Shown here in pieces: positions 30,401 through 39,928 of a stretch of 64,000 nucleotides of DNA. Source of the DNA: a virus (taxonomy: Duplodnaviria > Caudoviricetes); the IMG/VR virus record IMGVR_UViG_2595698685_000001, positions 58,025-122,024 of that record; one strand, given 5' to 3'. Below the pieces are notes generated by a model, which did not search any database, was not told the origin of the DNA, and was given only the letters and a program-made list of their open reading frames with translations. A program made the translations under genes and the position numbers. How positions within the stretch are numbered: the stretch's first letter is position 1; each line of letters opens with the position of its first letter.

Positions 30401-31778
30401 CTGAAATCCTAAGAGTATCCCCATCATAGCGTATAAACTGAGTGGAGTTACCTAATTCGAACTTAGGCTTTAGGGTAGTATTATCCATACCCATCCAGAT
30501 TCCTGAGTTATTATCACCCCAATTCTTTCCCTGACTAAATATTGCTGGGTTATCTTCTCCAGTAAGATTAGTAAGAATAAAGTTAGCGGAGTATATACTC
30601 TTGGTTATAACGGAACCATCCACGTTAACAGTTCTACTTAGAGGGTCAAAAGATATTGGTGCTCTACCTTCGGAATCCAGTGCCCCTAAGCTTACAGCAC
30701 CAGTAGCAGCATCTATAAGGAAAGACTGTCTCCATATAGTTCCATCCTTAAAACTACCCTTTATATGTGCATAGTTAACTTCTATACCAGTTTCATTAGT
30801 AAAGCTTGAATCAAGTATAGTATCCTCAGTAAGGATGTACTCTACAGAAGGTGCCTCAGTTATAGCTTGAGTATCTGGCCCCCATGCTATAGAAGAGACT
30901 TTGAATTTGTATCGTCTGTTGAATGGGAACGAAGTTATAGTTGCTGCTCTAGCTGCACCCACGTTAATTACCTGAGCTTTTTCCCACCCACTTACTGCAA
31001 ACTCATCGAACTCTACATAGTGGAGAGAGAACTCTCTTACATTGGCACCTATATCTTTTTCCCAATCCCACTCTACCCTAACATCATAACGTTCTTTACC
31101 GTCTTGAATACGCGCAGCTTTAAATTGTATATTCTTTGGAGCACTAGGAGGTATGAAGTTATATAAAACTGTCAGTACCTGTGGGAATTCAAATGGAGTG
31201 GATGCTTCTGTAGTAGATCCATCAGGAAGAGTTATAAACCCCACTATACGAACATTATACTCACCAATAGGAACACCACTAAAGGTTATGGTAGGAGCTA
31301 GAGCACCTGTGTAATAACGTCTCCATGTTGATGCCCCTACTTCTTTAAACTCTAGAATGCAGTAATCAGCGTCACCAAGAGTACTAATACTGACTCTTGG
31401 TGGGCCTACCCCTACGTCTACAGACTCTGCTATAGATTGAACTGAGGTAATGGTAGGCATTTGTTTTGTTGTAAAAGAGGTGGCATCTGACAGGTTAATA
31501 CCAATTTGGGCCTCTAAAAGTTCGGCATCAACCATGGCGTCAAAGAATGCTCCTCTTAAGGAATATTCAGTGCTAGAATTAAATCCTGATAGTGTTGCAA
31601 AGTTTATTGATGTATCTGTTATGTCTCTACGCTCAGAAGCTACTCCAGATCCGTACGTCCAGAAAGACCTACCAACTACGTCATAGTCTCTGTATATACT
31701 ATGTAGAACATAAAGTTTTGTGTAAGAAGGGGCTAGTGACTGAATCACTAGCTTTTCCGTAGCGTTATTTATTATCAT
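27471..31778 (-). CDS. Central straight tail fibre (pb4-like, extended)
   Basis: Follows pb3; FnIII-like N-terminus; internal 206-aa duplication; collagen-like linkers; C-terminal ITNAKI repeats and RVRIGKL end like gpJ tails. Confidence 0.82.
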   Translation of the reverse strand: MIINNATEKLVIQSLAPSYTKLYVLHSIYRDYDVVGRSFWTYGSGVASERRDITDTSINFATLSGFNSSTEYSLRGAFFDAMVDAELLEAQIGINLSDATSFTTKQMPTITSVQSIAESVDVGVGPPRVSISTLGDADYCILEFKEVGASTWRRYYTGALAPTITFSGVPIGEYNVRIVGFITLPDGSTTEASTPFEFPQVLTVLYNFIPPSAPKNIQFKAARIQDGKERYDVRVEWDWEKDIGANVREFSLHYVEFDEFAVSGWEKAQVINVGAARAATITSFPFNRRYKFKVSSIAWGPDTQAITEAPSVEYILTEDTILDSSFTNETGIEVNYAHIKGSFKDGTIWRQSFLIDAATGAVSLGALDSEGRAPISFDPLSRTVNVDGSVITKSIYSANFILTNLTGEDNPAIFSQGKNWGDNNSGIWMGMDNTTLKPKFELGNSTQFIRYDGDTLRISGDTVIGTPSGDIDISTGLQGKQTVFIYRLAPPVITSPPASPDYPPEGWSTTPPARTSSLQSIYVSTGLLNPITNKLVDGEVWSNPSMWTGVRGADGTSAKNFSISSTAQSFSFTGEGAVKSASTITFTGNRSNAAGTITWTARNNSSAIVPLSITGDTATLSVANFGASLFVTVTATCDGISDVITIVRLIDGSNALTGYLTNESVSVPASSTGVVSSFSAATGQFKVFYGTWDVSSACTFSLVASSAATGAIGSASGTYNISAMSANLGSITLRASHPTYGTVEKIFSISKSIAGVEGIAGTAAKGFSITSTAQSFVYTGIGTLKSAPSIVFTALRQSTTANVTWSAVSNTGATVALTSVSNTGATLTSANQGGFAWVTVTATCDGMSDKITIVLLTDGSNVMSGYLTNEAVVLDSNSDGYVQVYTSATGYFKVYFGTADITSQCTFSVSNPSNLTTSINSAGLYSTTAMAPGVGVTQGYSDLTATHPTYGSITKRLSISKSLAGRGYNVIYTTNFENSSRGSWNGSPIQDDSALVPLGFTKYMPCYERDTLEANNIVSVVAGEKYKVRALINTEASQQTVYLGARLLNAEKEHVTWAIADGAGRAPTPGWGVIQGTLTIPNGVAYIIPWIQRSGPHGTANGYSRVTDISFEDLSMKGIDGTDGNDGTSVLVQWSVNGVNNWHDTYVAGDKYMRQQVSGAWGPAAKVVGEDGTNGTAGTYVSFIFRASTTRPPQPLGQNPPGWTDSPPSSGVVWMSSATKTGDTGFLLSAWSVPVKLTGETGAKGDSITGPAGTRGVGTYTQAVAGLANFDTTIAWNFFISNFGSGPVAGDVLTQYRTGAPNIAFTRYWNGAAWTAAALVVHGDMIVNGTIPSAKIIDASITSAKIQDAAITNAKIANGTITNAKIQDAAITRAKISTTLESDNFVNNSTGTSINFATGQIQMNSTGAGGRMTITNERIDIYDENNRLRVRIGKL

Positions 31779-34600
31779 ATATCAGTCCATCCCACTGATT
31801 GCTCTCCTTTAGCACCCTCCGCTCGGATTCTAAAGTTGAGGCTTCTATTTATACCTAGAATCTGATTTTCAGCAAAATAATCTTGCTTATTAAGGGGTAG
31901 GGTATATGTGTACCCTAAAGCGTTAACAAGTACTTCTCTAACCATAGTACCTAGAGCATATACTTGTATCCTATATGATATATCAGGAGTGATACCAGCC
32001 TCTGGTATAGCATCCCACCTTAGAATAACGTCTGGGCCAAAAAATTCATCTGTACCTGCAACTCTATTCACGAGGACAAAGTTACTGACCACGGATAAAT
32101 TAGTAGCAGCGTTAAGAGTAAAGGATAAGGTAACAGGAGAACTTCTCTTACCTGTAACATCTACAGCTCTTACTTCCACTGTTACAATACCTTCAGGTTG
32201 TTCTTTTATAGGTAAACTCATCCTAGTATTAGGACTAGAATCTACAGCATTTACAGTAAAGCTATCTATAGAGTAGGAGGTTCTAACAGTATAGTGAGTA
32301 ACACTATTTGTCAGACTTGGTAACCAAGTTATAGCACCATTTACTCCTGGGTCTGCTGAACCTACTATGGCAGGTTCATATACCACATCTCTAGGAGGTA
32401 GTATAGTGTTAGTCTCTATAGGTACTTGATCATCATTCTGTACTTGCTGGGAGTTAAGAAATACATCCCCACCATATTCTTGCAGCGTAAGCTCTATAGA
32501 GCCATCTGATTTATTCTCAACCTCATCCACTAAAAAGTACTTATCAACCCAATTGTACCTTTCATATGTAAAAGCTACAGCATCGTTAGGCTCTATTCCT
32601 ATATACTTATATGGGATAGTGAATGTTAGAGTTCTACTGTACCTAGACTTTTTAAGCTCCCTAGCAGCAAAAGATCTTGCAGTGTAGTAGTTAGTTATAG
32701 AGTCAAACGATAACTGTAACTTTTTCTCAACGCCTAGATCTTGTTTAGTAAAGTTAGAGTCAAAGAAGGTTATAGCATTAGCCTTCCATGCTAGAGCAGG
32801 GTCAGATATTGAAGCCTGCACACAGTTGTATTTGTTTCTGCCCGTAGTATCAGATAACTCAACATTACCATATGTATCTAGAAAATGAATCTTCCTAGGG
32901 TTAGTATCCCATTTTTCTATAGTTATTCTATACTGGCCGGATATTGTGTTTATAGCACCACTAAAAGAACTTAGCACACTCTGTACGTTTTTAAATACCG
33001 ACTCTGCGCTGTCTATTATAGTATTAAGCTGTACTATCTGCCTGTTTTCCGCAGAAAGATCTTTCCACCCTGTGTATCTCCAGTATGTATTCCAAGAACC
33101 CTCGTAACTAGTGTCTACTAAGTCTAATAAGGCAGCCTGCTCTATTAGATTAGGCATACTTAACATATCTAGAGGTAGACCTGCGCCATATCTGTAAGAA
33201 GTTAAGTAGTCTAGACTCTGCCAAATACCATTAAGAGAGGTGGAGTCATTTGATACAAGACCATTAGGGCCGTATACATTGATCATTTTGCCGGAGACAT
33301 CAGCGTTAATAGAAGGAATGTCTGTGCGGTCTTCAGTTATAGTAAATCTAGCTACTACATATGCGGTATCAAGCAGTTGGAATCTACTATCCCAGTACTC
33401 CGGGCCCTCTCCATTACTATTCTGTAAGAAAAATCCACCAGATGCAGCTAGATCTACAAGTACCTGTGCAGCAGACTGATCTTCTTTACCATGAAAAGTC
33501 CAGAACCTGATATCCCCATTACCATCATTGTATCTGTATTCCTGTCCATGTACGCTCGGGGAGGAAGTAGTTGTTCCAGAAGCCAATCTATGCATTGTGT
33601 CACCAACAACACGTTTCCTACCGAAACATGTACGTTCTTTAGAGTCAGCATCATCATAGCAGATTATAGGAGCATCTCCTACCTGTATATCCAGAAAGCC
33701 CTCTATCTCTCCTTCACAGAACGCGTACACAACGTATACTATATTTGGGTTATTTAATTCCGTATCCGCAAATACTGGTATACCAGGTATATTTTGTACC
33801 CCGTATACTACAGGTAAGAATTTAGCGGCTAAGTTAAAGTCTATATCCACTGTTTTAGTAACAGTTTCGTAGTATTCTTCCATAGAGAAGCTAGAGGACA
33901 AACCAAATAGCTTCTTCTTAGATTTAAGTCTGTATCTTAATTCTTGTACTTGATACTTAGCTAAGATGTTGACAGATTTATTAGCATGATAAAAGCCTAA
34001 ATCGTTTTTGTATTCGTTGCGTTTAACAGCATCAGAAGGCACCAGAACTCCGTTAACTACTTCTAGGGCTCTATGGGAAGAGTCATCAGTAAATCTACCG
34101 TTAACTCTATCAAAGTCATAAAATTGGTTAGAGCATGACCATGTAATAGTTGTTGTGCCAGCACCTGTTGTTGCTGTGTCGTCTTTTATACTTGCGCTAG
34201 TAACTTTACCAGAGAAGTAAAGGAATGGTTCATTATCTTCAGTGAAAGGAACAATTTCCCCGTTAGCATCTATAACTGCCTGATATATTCTAACAGTTCT
34301 TTCTAGAAAAGATACGCCATCTTTAACGACTTTTATTACTTCAACATCGTCTGTACCAGTAACAGTAAATGTCATGGTACCAATAGTAAGGTTTCTATTC
34401 TGTTTATGAGTTCCTAGGGTTTTAACTTTACCTGTCTGGAATAACATTCCCTTGAACTCTATGTTTTTATAGTAGTTAGTTAGGTAAGCATACTCAGTCT
34501 GGCTGCTGGAAGACGGCAGTTCTAAGACTATTAAGTATGCCATGTCTATTCTACTAGTGGTATCTAAATAGTTTATAGCACTGTCTAGTATCTTCTTCAT
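31775..34600 (-). CDS. pb3: Baseplate hub protein (pb3)
   Basis: 941 aa, MKKILDSA start, LPVVYG motif; between Dit and central fibre. Confidence 0.88.
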   Translation of the reverse strand: MKKILDSAINYLDTTSRIDMAYLIVLELPSSSSQTEYAYLTNYYKNIEFKGMLFQTGKVKTLGTHKQNRNLTIGTMTFTVTGTDDVEVIKVVKDGVSFLERTVRIYQAVIDANGEIVPFTEDNEPFLYFSGKVTSASIKDDTATTGAGTTTITWSCSNQFYDFDRVNGRFTDDSSHRALEVVNGVLVPSDAVKRNEYKNDLGFYHANKSVNILAKYQVQELRYRLKSKKKLFGLSSSFSMEEYYETVTKTVDIDFNLAAKFLPVVYGVQNIPGIPVFADTELNNPNIVYVVYAFCEGEIEGFLDIQVGDAPIICYDDADSKERTCFGRKRVVGDTMHRLASGTTTSSPSVHGQEYRYNDGNGDIRFWTFHGKEDQSAAQVLVDLAASGGFFLQNSNGEGPEYWDSRFQLLDTAYVVARFTITEDRTDIPSINADVSGKMINVYGPNGLVSNDSTSLNGIWQSLDYLTSYRYGAGLPLDMLSMPNLIEQAALLDLVDTSYEGSWNTYWRYTGWKDLSAENRQIVQLNTIIDSAESVFKNVQSVLSSFSGAINTISGQYRITIEKWDTNPRKIHFLDTYGNVELSDTTGRNKYNCVQASISDPALAWKANAITFFDSNFTKQDLGVEKKLQLSFDSITNYYTARSFAARELKKSRYSRTLTFTIPYKYIGIEPNDAVAFTYERYNWVDKYFLVDEVENKSDGSIELTLQEYGGDVFLNSQQVQNDDQVPIETNTILPPRDVVYEPAIVGSADPGVNGAITWLPSLTNSVTHYTVRTSYSIDSFTVNAVDSSPNTRMSLPIKEQPEGIVTVEVRAVDVTGKRSSPVTLSFTLNAATNLSVVSNFVLVNRVAGTDEFFGPDVILRWDAIPEAGITPDISYRIQVYALGTMVREVLVNALGYTYTLPLNKQDYFAENQILGINRSLNFRIRAEGAKGEQSVGWTDI

Positions 34601-35220
34601 TATGAAATATGCTCTCTAAGCTGTAGGCTGAGACCTGTGTATACTCCATCGTGTGAAAGGCTCTCTCTAAAGGAATCACCATTCATTAACTTAGTGGTAA
34701 AAACAATACCAGTAAATACAGGTTTTTCAGCACCAGTCGTAGTTTTAAAGATGTCGGGATAAAGTCCTAATGTCCATTGGGTGCTAGAAGTTTTAGTGAA
34801 GGAGGTTATCTTGTATACCTTCGTGTGATTACTGAACTTAAATAGATCACCTACTTTAGGCTCCCCTTCTAAGCTGCCTACATTCCCCATAACTAACTTA
34901 TTACCTTTTTGCCCAGAGGCTATAGTAACTGCAGACGTAGTACCTCGTACTCTAAAGCTTTCGTATTGTGGGAGAACCACTTCTAGTGTAGTTCTCTGTG
35001 ATTTATACCCTAATAAAGTACTAGAGAGTATAGCATATTCATCCGGAAACATATCAGGATACTGTATATCAATGCCCCAATACTGAGCTGAATTTTTAAC
35101 CTCGGAAACCTTCCCATTAGGTAGCTCATCTCTGAGTACAGGGTCGTTGTCTATTAATGCAACACTATCAAATCCCAAACCTTCGTAGCCTGGGTGTGTA
35201 AATGGATCAGGTAATCTCAT
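34600..35220 (-). CDS. pb9: Distal tail protein (pb9)
   Basis: 206 aa, MRLPDP start, directly after TMP. Confidence 0.88.
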   Translation of the reverse strand: MRLPDPFTHPGYEGLGFDSVALIDNDPVLRDELPNGKVSEVKNSAQYWGIDIQYPDMFPDEYAILSSTLLGYKSQRTTLEVVLPQYESFRVRGTTSAVTIASGQKGNKLVMGNVGSLEGEPKVGDLFKFSNHTKVYKITSFTKTSSTQWTLGLYPDIFKTTTGAEKPVFTGIVFTTKLMNGDSFRESLSHDGVYTGLSLQLREHIS

Positions 35221-35243
35221 GAGTCCTCCTGTATTTAAGAATA

Positions 35244-35272
35244 ATTATAGCATCAAATAAAAAAATTTACAA
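35244..35272 (-). promoter_or_regulatory. Late promoter for tail-tip genes
   Basis: TTGTAA-17-TATAAT on the minus strand. Confidence 0.75.
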
Positions 35273-35295
35273 CATAATTTTTTTATTTATATAAG

Positions 35296-35322
35296 AAAAA
35301 AGGAGACACTAGGTCTCCTTTT
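35296..35322 (-). terminator. Intrinsic terminator after TMP
   Basis: AAGGAGAC/GTCTCCTT stem with U tract on minus. Confidence 0.8.
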
Positions 35323-35327
35323 GTGTA

Positions 35328-38300
35328 TTACTGACTGAGTCTACGTAGAGAAGCACCGTTTTCATTTAGTGCGTATTCTACAGCGTCTCTTAGTGCTCCG
35401 GAGTTACCTAGGGCAAAATCACGGAAACTTGCAGCGTCCATAGTGGATACGTAAAGATTTATACCTCCTGCGGAACTACCTGAGTTACCAGATGCAACCT
35501 CTTCAGCTGGTGTAACCTTCATAGGTACCATAGGAGTACCAACTTCCATGCCATTCTCACCAAAGGCATAGTTAACTCCTGGGTATATATTACCCCCTTC
35601 TGCTCTTGGAATGAAAGTACTAGCGTTACCTACCCCTTTCTCTCCTCGTACATAGGACAGTTCGCCTCTATTAGCAGACATAGATACATCAACGTTCTTT
35701 TGTCTTTCTCCTAGAGACAAAGATGCCGTTGTTCCTGCTCCACTATCCACGGATGACATACTAGAGGCATTACTAGCCTGTGATAGAGATAGGGCCCCCG
35801 CTAATCCTGCCGCAACCATTAGAGGAATGGACCATGGGTAAGGTATAGAAGTAGCTGCCTGCATAACTGCTACTGCAGTTTGTATGATGATTTGCTTCTT
35901 AGCTGCCGCTTGCTGTATCTTAACCTTTTCTGCTTCCAATTTCTTAATCTTAGCTTTGGATTCCTCAGACTTACCATCTCTCTTCTGTTCAGCAGAGATA
36001 GCTGCGTCTATCGCAGATATCTGGTTACTAGTGGAGAACTGTATCATAGTAGATACAGACTGCATACCCGCTGCAACCATAGATGTCATATCTAGGCTAC
36101 CTTGTGAGAACTGCATAACGGAGTTGGTAAGATTACCTAAACTCTGGCCTACTGCTGTAGCCTCAGAATTAAGTTCAGACATTTTAGCAATAGCCTGATC
36201 ATAGGAAGCTAGCTTGTTCTGCATGTCTGCAGTAGCCTTATCATCCCCCATAAGACCTGTAGTTGGAGTATATACTGCTCCTACAGAAGATCCCACACTT
36301 GCCTGCATTTGCTTATTTCTCTGGATCGCCAGTTGATTTTGAGCTGCTATAGTGTCCTGAATCTTAAGGTTAAGTTCTGCCTGAGCTTGTGCATTGCCAC
36401 GTACTTCAGCCTTTCTCTTATTGTAAAAGTCTAGCTGTTCCTGTAGGTTAGCAGACTGTCCTACACTATCTAGGCTAGTTTGTCCTCTAGATAATGCAGC
36501 TTCTTGAGCCTGAGTGGTAACATCCTGCATATTCTGACGTTCTTTCCATAGGTCCCTCTCTAACTGTACCGCTTTTTGTCTAGATTGTTCTGCTTCTACA
36601 TGTTTTTTTGCCTGTTTAGAGTACCATGCATACTTTTCCTTTTCAATAGCTAATTCAGTTTGTATTTGGGCAATGGTATATTGTTGATCCGTCATAGTTC
36701 TATTTCTAAGTAGAGCCATACGTTGCTCTACACCTATGATTTTATCAGATCTGTCTTTTACTTTCTCATCTGCCTTCATACCTTCATTCTTAACTTTTAG
36801 CTTCTTGGTTTCTAAAGCATAAAGAGTTTGTTGTATGCCTACGTTCTGCTTATCTATTTCTAGAATGCCTTTTAAAGCAGTTATATTTTCCTCTAGCTGC
36901 TTAGCTTCTAGTGCTCTACCTGCCTCTTCGGCTTTGCTCTTACTACCTGTCTTAGCATATACAGCAGCAATTTCTTTCTGAACGTTTAGCTCATTCTCTT
37001 TCTCTTTAGCAGCTACAGTAGAATAATCCTTATAGACTCTTGCAGCTTTTTCTAATTGGTCTAGGCTAGATACACCAATATTAAGAGATTTAGCTATTCT
37101 ATCAGCGTCTGTAGCTACACCTAAAGACAGGGACTTTACTAGGAGTAGGGTAGAGTTAAGAGCGGCAGAAGCTTTAGCAGCAGTGTTTGTATTAGAGCCT
37201 ACGTTAGCCATATCATTACTGATATCTCCTGAGGTGGCTTGTACCTGTTTCAAAGCTTTAGCCTGCTCTGCGTATCCTTCTATAGCCTTCTGGTTACTAG
37301 CCGCTATTCCTCCTGCCTCCCAACCTTCAGGCATTGCTAAATTAAGGCTCTTAGCTAGCTGAGGGTTAGTCTTAATTATCTCAGAAGTAACCCTGTTATA
37401 CTCAGCAGACCATGTTGTTACACTTTCCTTGCCTTCGTCAATCTCCTGATTTAAACGTTTCCACTGGTTTCCTAGAGCAGCTGTTTCTTCTAGATACTTG
37501 TTGGAGCCTAAGTTCTTAGCTAAGAAACCTCCTGCACCATCTGCACCTTGTAGACCTTCTACTAATTGTCTAGAGTACCAGTTAAGACCTTTCATCCTCT
37601 CATTATACTCTTTCATTACTACTTCCCTACGCTTTATAGAGTCCTTTTCTAGCTTTTCAGCCTTATCTAGACTATCCTTAGTAGCTTGTAATGCTTGGGC
37701 CTGAGTCTCTGGAGATCCACTACCAATCATGATATTATTAGTAAGCTTTTGAGACCCTGCTGCAGCTATACTTTGAGCAGCTTGAGTGGTATTAATGAAG
37801 GTGTTAAAAGTGTCTATCATAGGCTCTAAATACGTTGCAAAAGTTGTTTGCATAGAACGTATTGCTGAGTTAGCGTTAGCTCCGAAAGTCTCCCAAGGAG
37901 TGGCTTTCAATATAGAGTCTAAATAACCAAATCTACGAGTAGATTCTGCTACAACAGCATTAGCATACGCCTGCTGCTTCTGATATGAAGATAAAGATTG
38001 GGCGTTATACTTAATACCTGTGTTAGCCGCGTTTAAGGTATCAACATATTTACTAAATGCCTCATTAAGACGTATTGTTACACCCAGTTCGTCTAGAAGT
38101 TCTATTTCCTGCTTAGATACACCCTTGATTACACGGTTTAGTGCGTCAGTCATGTCTACACCAAGTACTGCTGCTGCACGTCTTGCTACTAAACCAAATT
38201 CATTTAACTGGTCTGAACTAAACCCGTATGCTGCCGCCATAGAGGCCTGTTTCATAGCTTCTTGGAAAGATATTGCCTGACCAGTTGCTTGTTGCAAAGA

Positions 38301-39005
38301 CAGGGCTAGAACCTGTACTGGGGTACCTGTCTGAGCACCGGTTATAGTACCGAATTTCTCTAATCTGTTAAGCTGATCACCTATCTTTAAGTTTTCAAAC
38401 GCCTGTTGAAGTACATAAACGTTTGATGCTATAAGTGCATACAGCCCCGGAATAGGACCACCTAGCTTAGCTATTGCGGCAAACTGTCTTGCTGCTCCTC
38501 TTGCTGCCCCTGAAGTGCCTCCTAAAGCTCTAGTGGCCCTGTTACCTGCGGCAGAGGTGTTGTTTAGAGAGGTATTAACTCTGTTTATATTAGTGTTAAC
38601 ATCTACTAGACTATCCCCTACTTTCTCTGTAGCCCTTACAATGGCATTACCCATATTTGTAGCTACTCTACCTGTGTCTCTGAAACCTGTCTCCATCCTA
38701 TCTGTCATAGACGTTATAGCAACAGCTATCTGGTCTAATTTAGTACTAAAAGATGTAAGCGTAGTGTTCATAGAGGCTAAACTTCTATTCATTCTAACAT
38801 TAGCCAGGCTCTTACCCGCTCTATCAGCAGATCTCTCTATAGCTTTTAGTGTAGAGGGCATCTTAGCTAGCTGCTGGTTTGTTAGCTCAGCCCCAGCAGC
38901 AGCATCTTCCAACTTAGTAGTTAGCTGCTCAACTACTTTTATAACCTGAGTCCCGCCTTTTTGTCTAACATTTATTAACAGGTCTCTTATCAACTTATCG
39001 GACAT
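35328..39005 (-). CDS. pb2: Tape measure protein (pb2)
   Basis: 1225 aa coiled coil with hydrophobic segments, MSDKLIRDLL start, T5 synteny. Confidence 0.92.
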   Translation of the reverse strand: MSDKLIRDLLINVRQKGGTQVIKVVEQLTTKLEDAAAGAELTNQQLAKMPSTLKAIERSADRAGKSLANVRMNRSLASMNTTLTSFSTKLDQIAVAITSMTDRMETGFRDTGRVATNMGNAIVRATEKVGDSLVDVNTNINRVNTSLNNTSAAGNRATRALGGTSGAARGAARQFAAIAKLGGPIPGLYALIASNVYVLQQAFENLKIGDQLNRLEKFGTITGAQTGTPVQVLALSLQQATGQAISFQEAMKQASMAAAYGFSSDQLNEFGLVARRAAAVLGVDMTDALNRVIKGVSKQEIELLDELGVTIRLNEAFSKYVDTLNAANTGIKYNAQSLSSYQKQQAYANAVVAESTRRFGYLDSILKATPWETFGANANSAIRSMQTTFATYLEPMIDTFNTFINTTQAAQSIAAAGSQKLTNNIMIGSGSPETQAQALQATKDSLDKAEKLEKDSIKRREVVMKEYNERMKGLNWYSRQLVEGLQGADGAGGFLAKNLGSNKYLEETAALGNQWKRLNQEIDEGKESVTTWSAEYNRVTSEIIKTNPQLAKSLNLAMPEGWEAGGIAASNQKAIEGYAEQAKALKQVQATSGDISNDMANVGSNTNTAAKASAALNSTLLLVKSLSLGVATDADRIAKSLNIGVSSLDQLEKAARVYKDYSTVAAKEKENELNVQKEIAAVYAKTGSKSKAEEAGRALEAKQLEENITALKGILEIDKQNVGIQQTLYALETKKLKVKNEGMKADEKVKDRSDKIIGVEQRMALLRNRTMTDQQYTIAQIQTELAIEKEKYAWYSKQAKKHVEAEQSRQKAVQLERDLWKERQNMQDVTTQAQEAALSRGQTSLDSVGQSANLQEQLDFYNKRKAEVRGNAQAQAELNLKIQDTIAAQNQLAIQRNKQMQASVGSSVGAVYTPTTGLMGDDKATADMQNKLASYDQAIAKMSELNSEATAVGQSLGNLTNSVMQFSQGSLDMTSMVAAGMQSVSTMIQFSTSNQISAIDAAISAEQKRDGKSEESKAKIKKLEAEKVKIQQAAAKKQIIIQTAVAVMQAATSIPYPWSIPLMVAAGLAGALSLSQASNASSMSSVDSGAGTTASLSLGERQKNVDVSMSANRGELSYVRGEKGVGNASTFIPRAEGGNIYPGVNYAFGENGMEVGTPMVPMKVTPAEEVASGNSGSSAGGINLYVSTMDAASFRDFALGNSGALRDAVEYALNENGASLRRLSQ

Positions 39006-39020
39006 TTTATTACCTCAAAT

Positions 39021-39050
39021 AAAAAAGCTCTGGGCGTTTAAGCCCAGAGC
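39021..39050 (-). terminator. Intrinsic terminator
   Basis: GCTCTGGGC/GCCCAGAGC stem + U6 on minus. Confidence 0.85.
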
Positions 39051-39096
39051 AAGCACCTCACTATGGAACGCCCTTGGAGGAAATTTTTAATACATG

Positions 39097-39459
39097 CTAT
39101 CGACTACCGGACTGTGAGTGACTAGGTCTAGGCCCTACTTTGGACTTTTTACCTAGTTTTTCCACTCTACGTCTTGATGCTTCTACAGCTTTAGTGTCGA
39201 ATATATTTATTATCTGTAAAACAAGTTCCTTTTCTGATTCAAGTACACCATATATATCAAACAGTACTTGTAAAGAGGACTTGTCTTTACCTATAAACAT
39301 AGGTATGTCACCTGGGATGTAACAGTCCATTAAGTTGTTATATATAGTAACAGCTATATGTACTATTTCAGGAAAGTCAGACATATCCATAGGCATAGCT
39401 CTAGGATCTGGAGTAGTACCTAGAGATTCACACATCAATAGATACTGCTCTTTAGTCAT
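39097..39459 (-). CDS. Tail assembly chaperone, downstream (gpT-like) part; probably made by frameshift
   Basis: Upstream of TMP; its frame stays open back to about 39546, overlapping the end of the upstream chaperone. Confidence 0.75.
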   Translation of the reverse strand: MTKEQYLLMCESLGTTPDPRAMPMDMSDFPEIVHIAVTIYNNLMDCYIPGDIPMFIGKDKSSLQVLFDIYGVLESEKELVLQIINIFDTKAVEASRRRVEKLGKKSKVGPRPSHSQSGSR

Positions 39460-39532
39460 CTTGGAACCAGACCCTTGTGCGCTTTTAGTAGCAAAGGAGG
39501 TTACTGCAGTTAGCAGTGTATTAGTAGATGAA

Positions 39533-39928
39533 TTAACGAAAGGAGTCTAACTGGAACACCACTGTGTTAATCCAGTTATCAAATGCTACGGATTCTTTCA
39601 TTAACTGAACTGCGTTATCTATACTAAATTCTACTTCAGTATCCAAGTCAAGATCCTGAGCATCAATAAGTAGTAGTTTGCTAACATCCCCTAAGGTTAA
39701 CCCTTTCCATCCTAAGATAGCTGACTTGACAAAGTTTTCTACAAACAAATCATCATCTTGTACACTAATAACAGCCCCGTTAACCATAACGTCTTTCTTA
39801 GAAGACTCTACAATCTTTCTGGAAGTGGCTCTGGATACATATCCAATGGTAACAACAAAGCCAGGGATACCTGGGTAGGCTACGTCTACTGATTTAGTCT
39901 GTACAACAACATTCTTTAAATTAATCAT
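39533..39928 (-). CDS. Tail assembly chaperone (gpG-like)
   Basis: 131 aa with ILGWKGL motif, between p140-like gene and TMP. Confidence 0.8.
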   Translation of the reverse strand: MINLKNVVVQTKSVDVAYPGIPGFVVTIGYVSRATSRKIVESSKKDVMVNGAVISVQDDDLFVENFVKSAILGWKGLTLGDVSKLLLIDAQDLDLDTEVEFSIDNAVQLMKESVAFDNWINTVVFQLDSFR

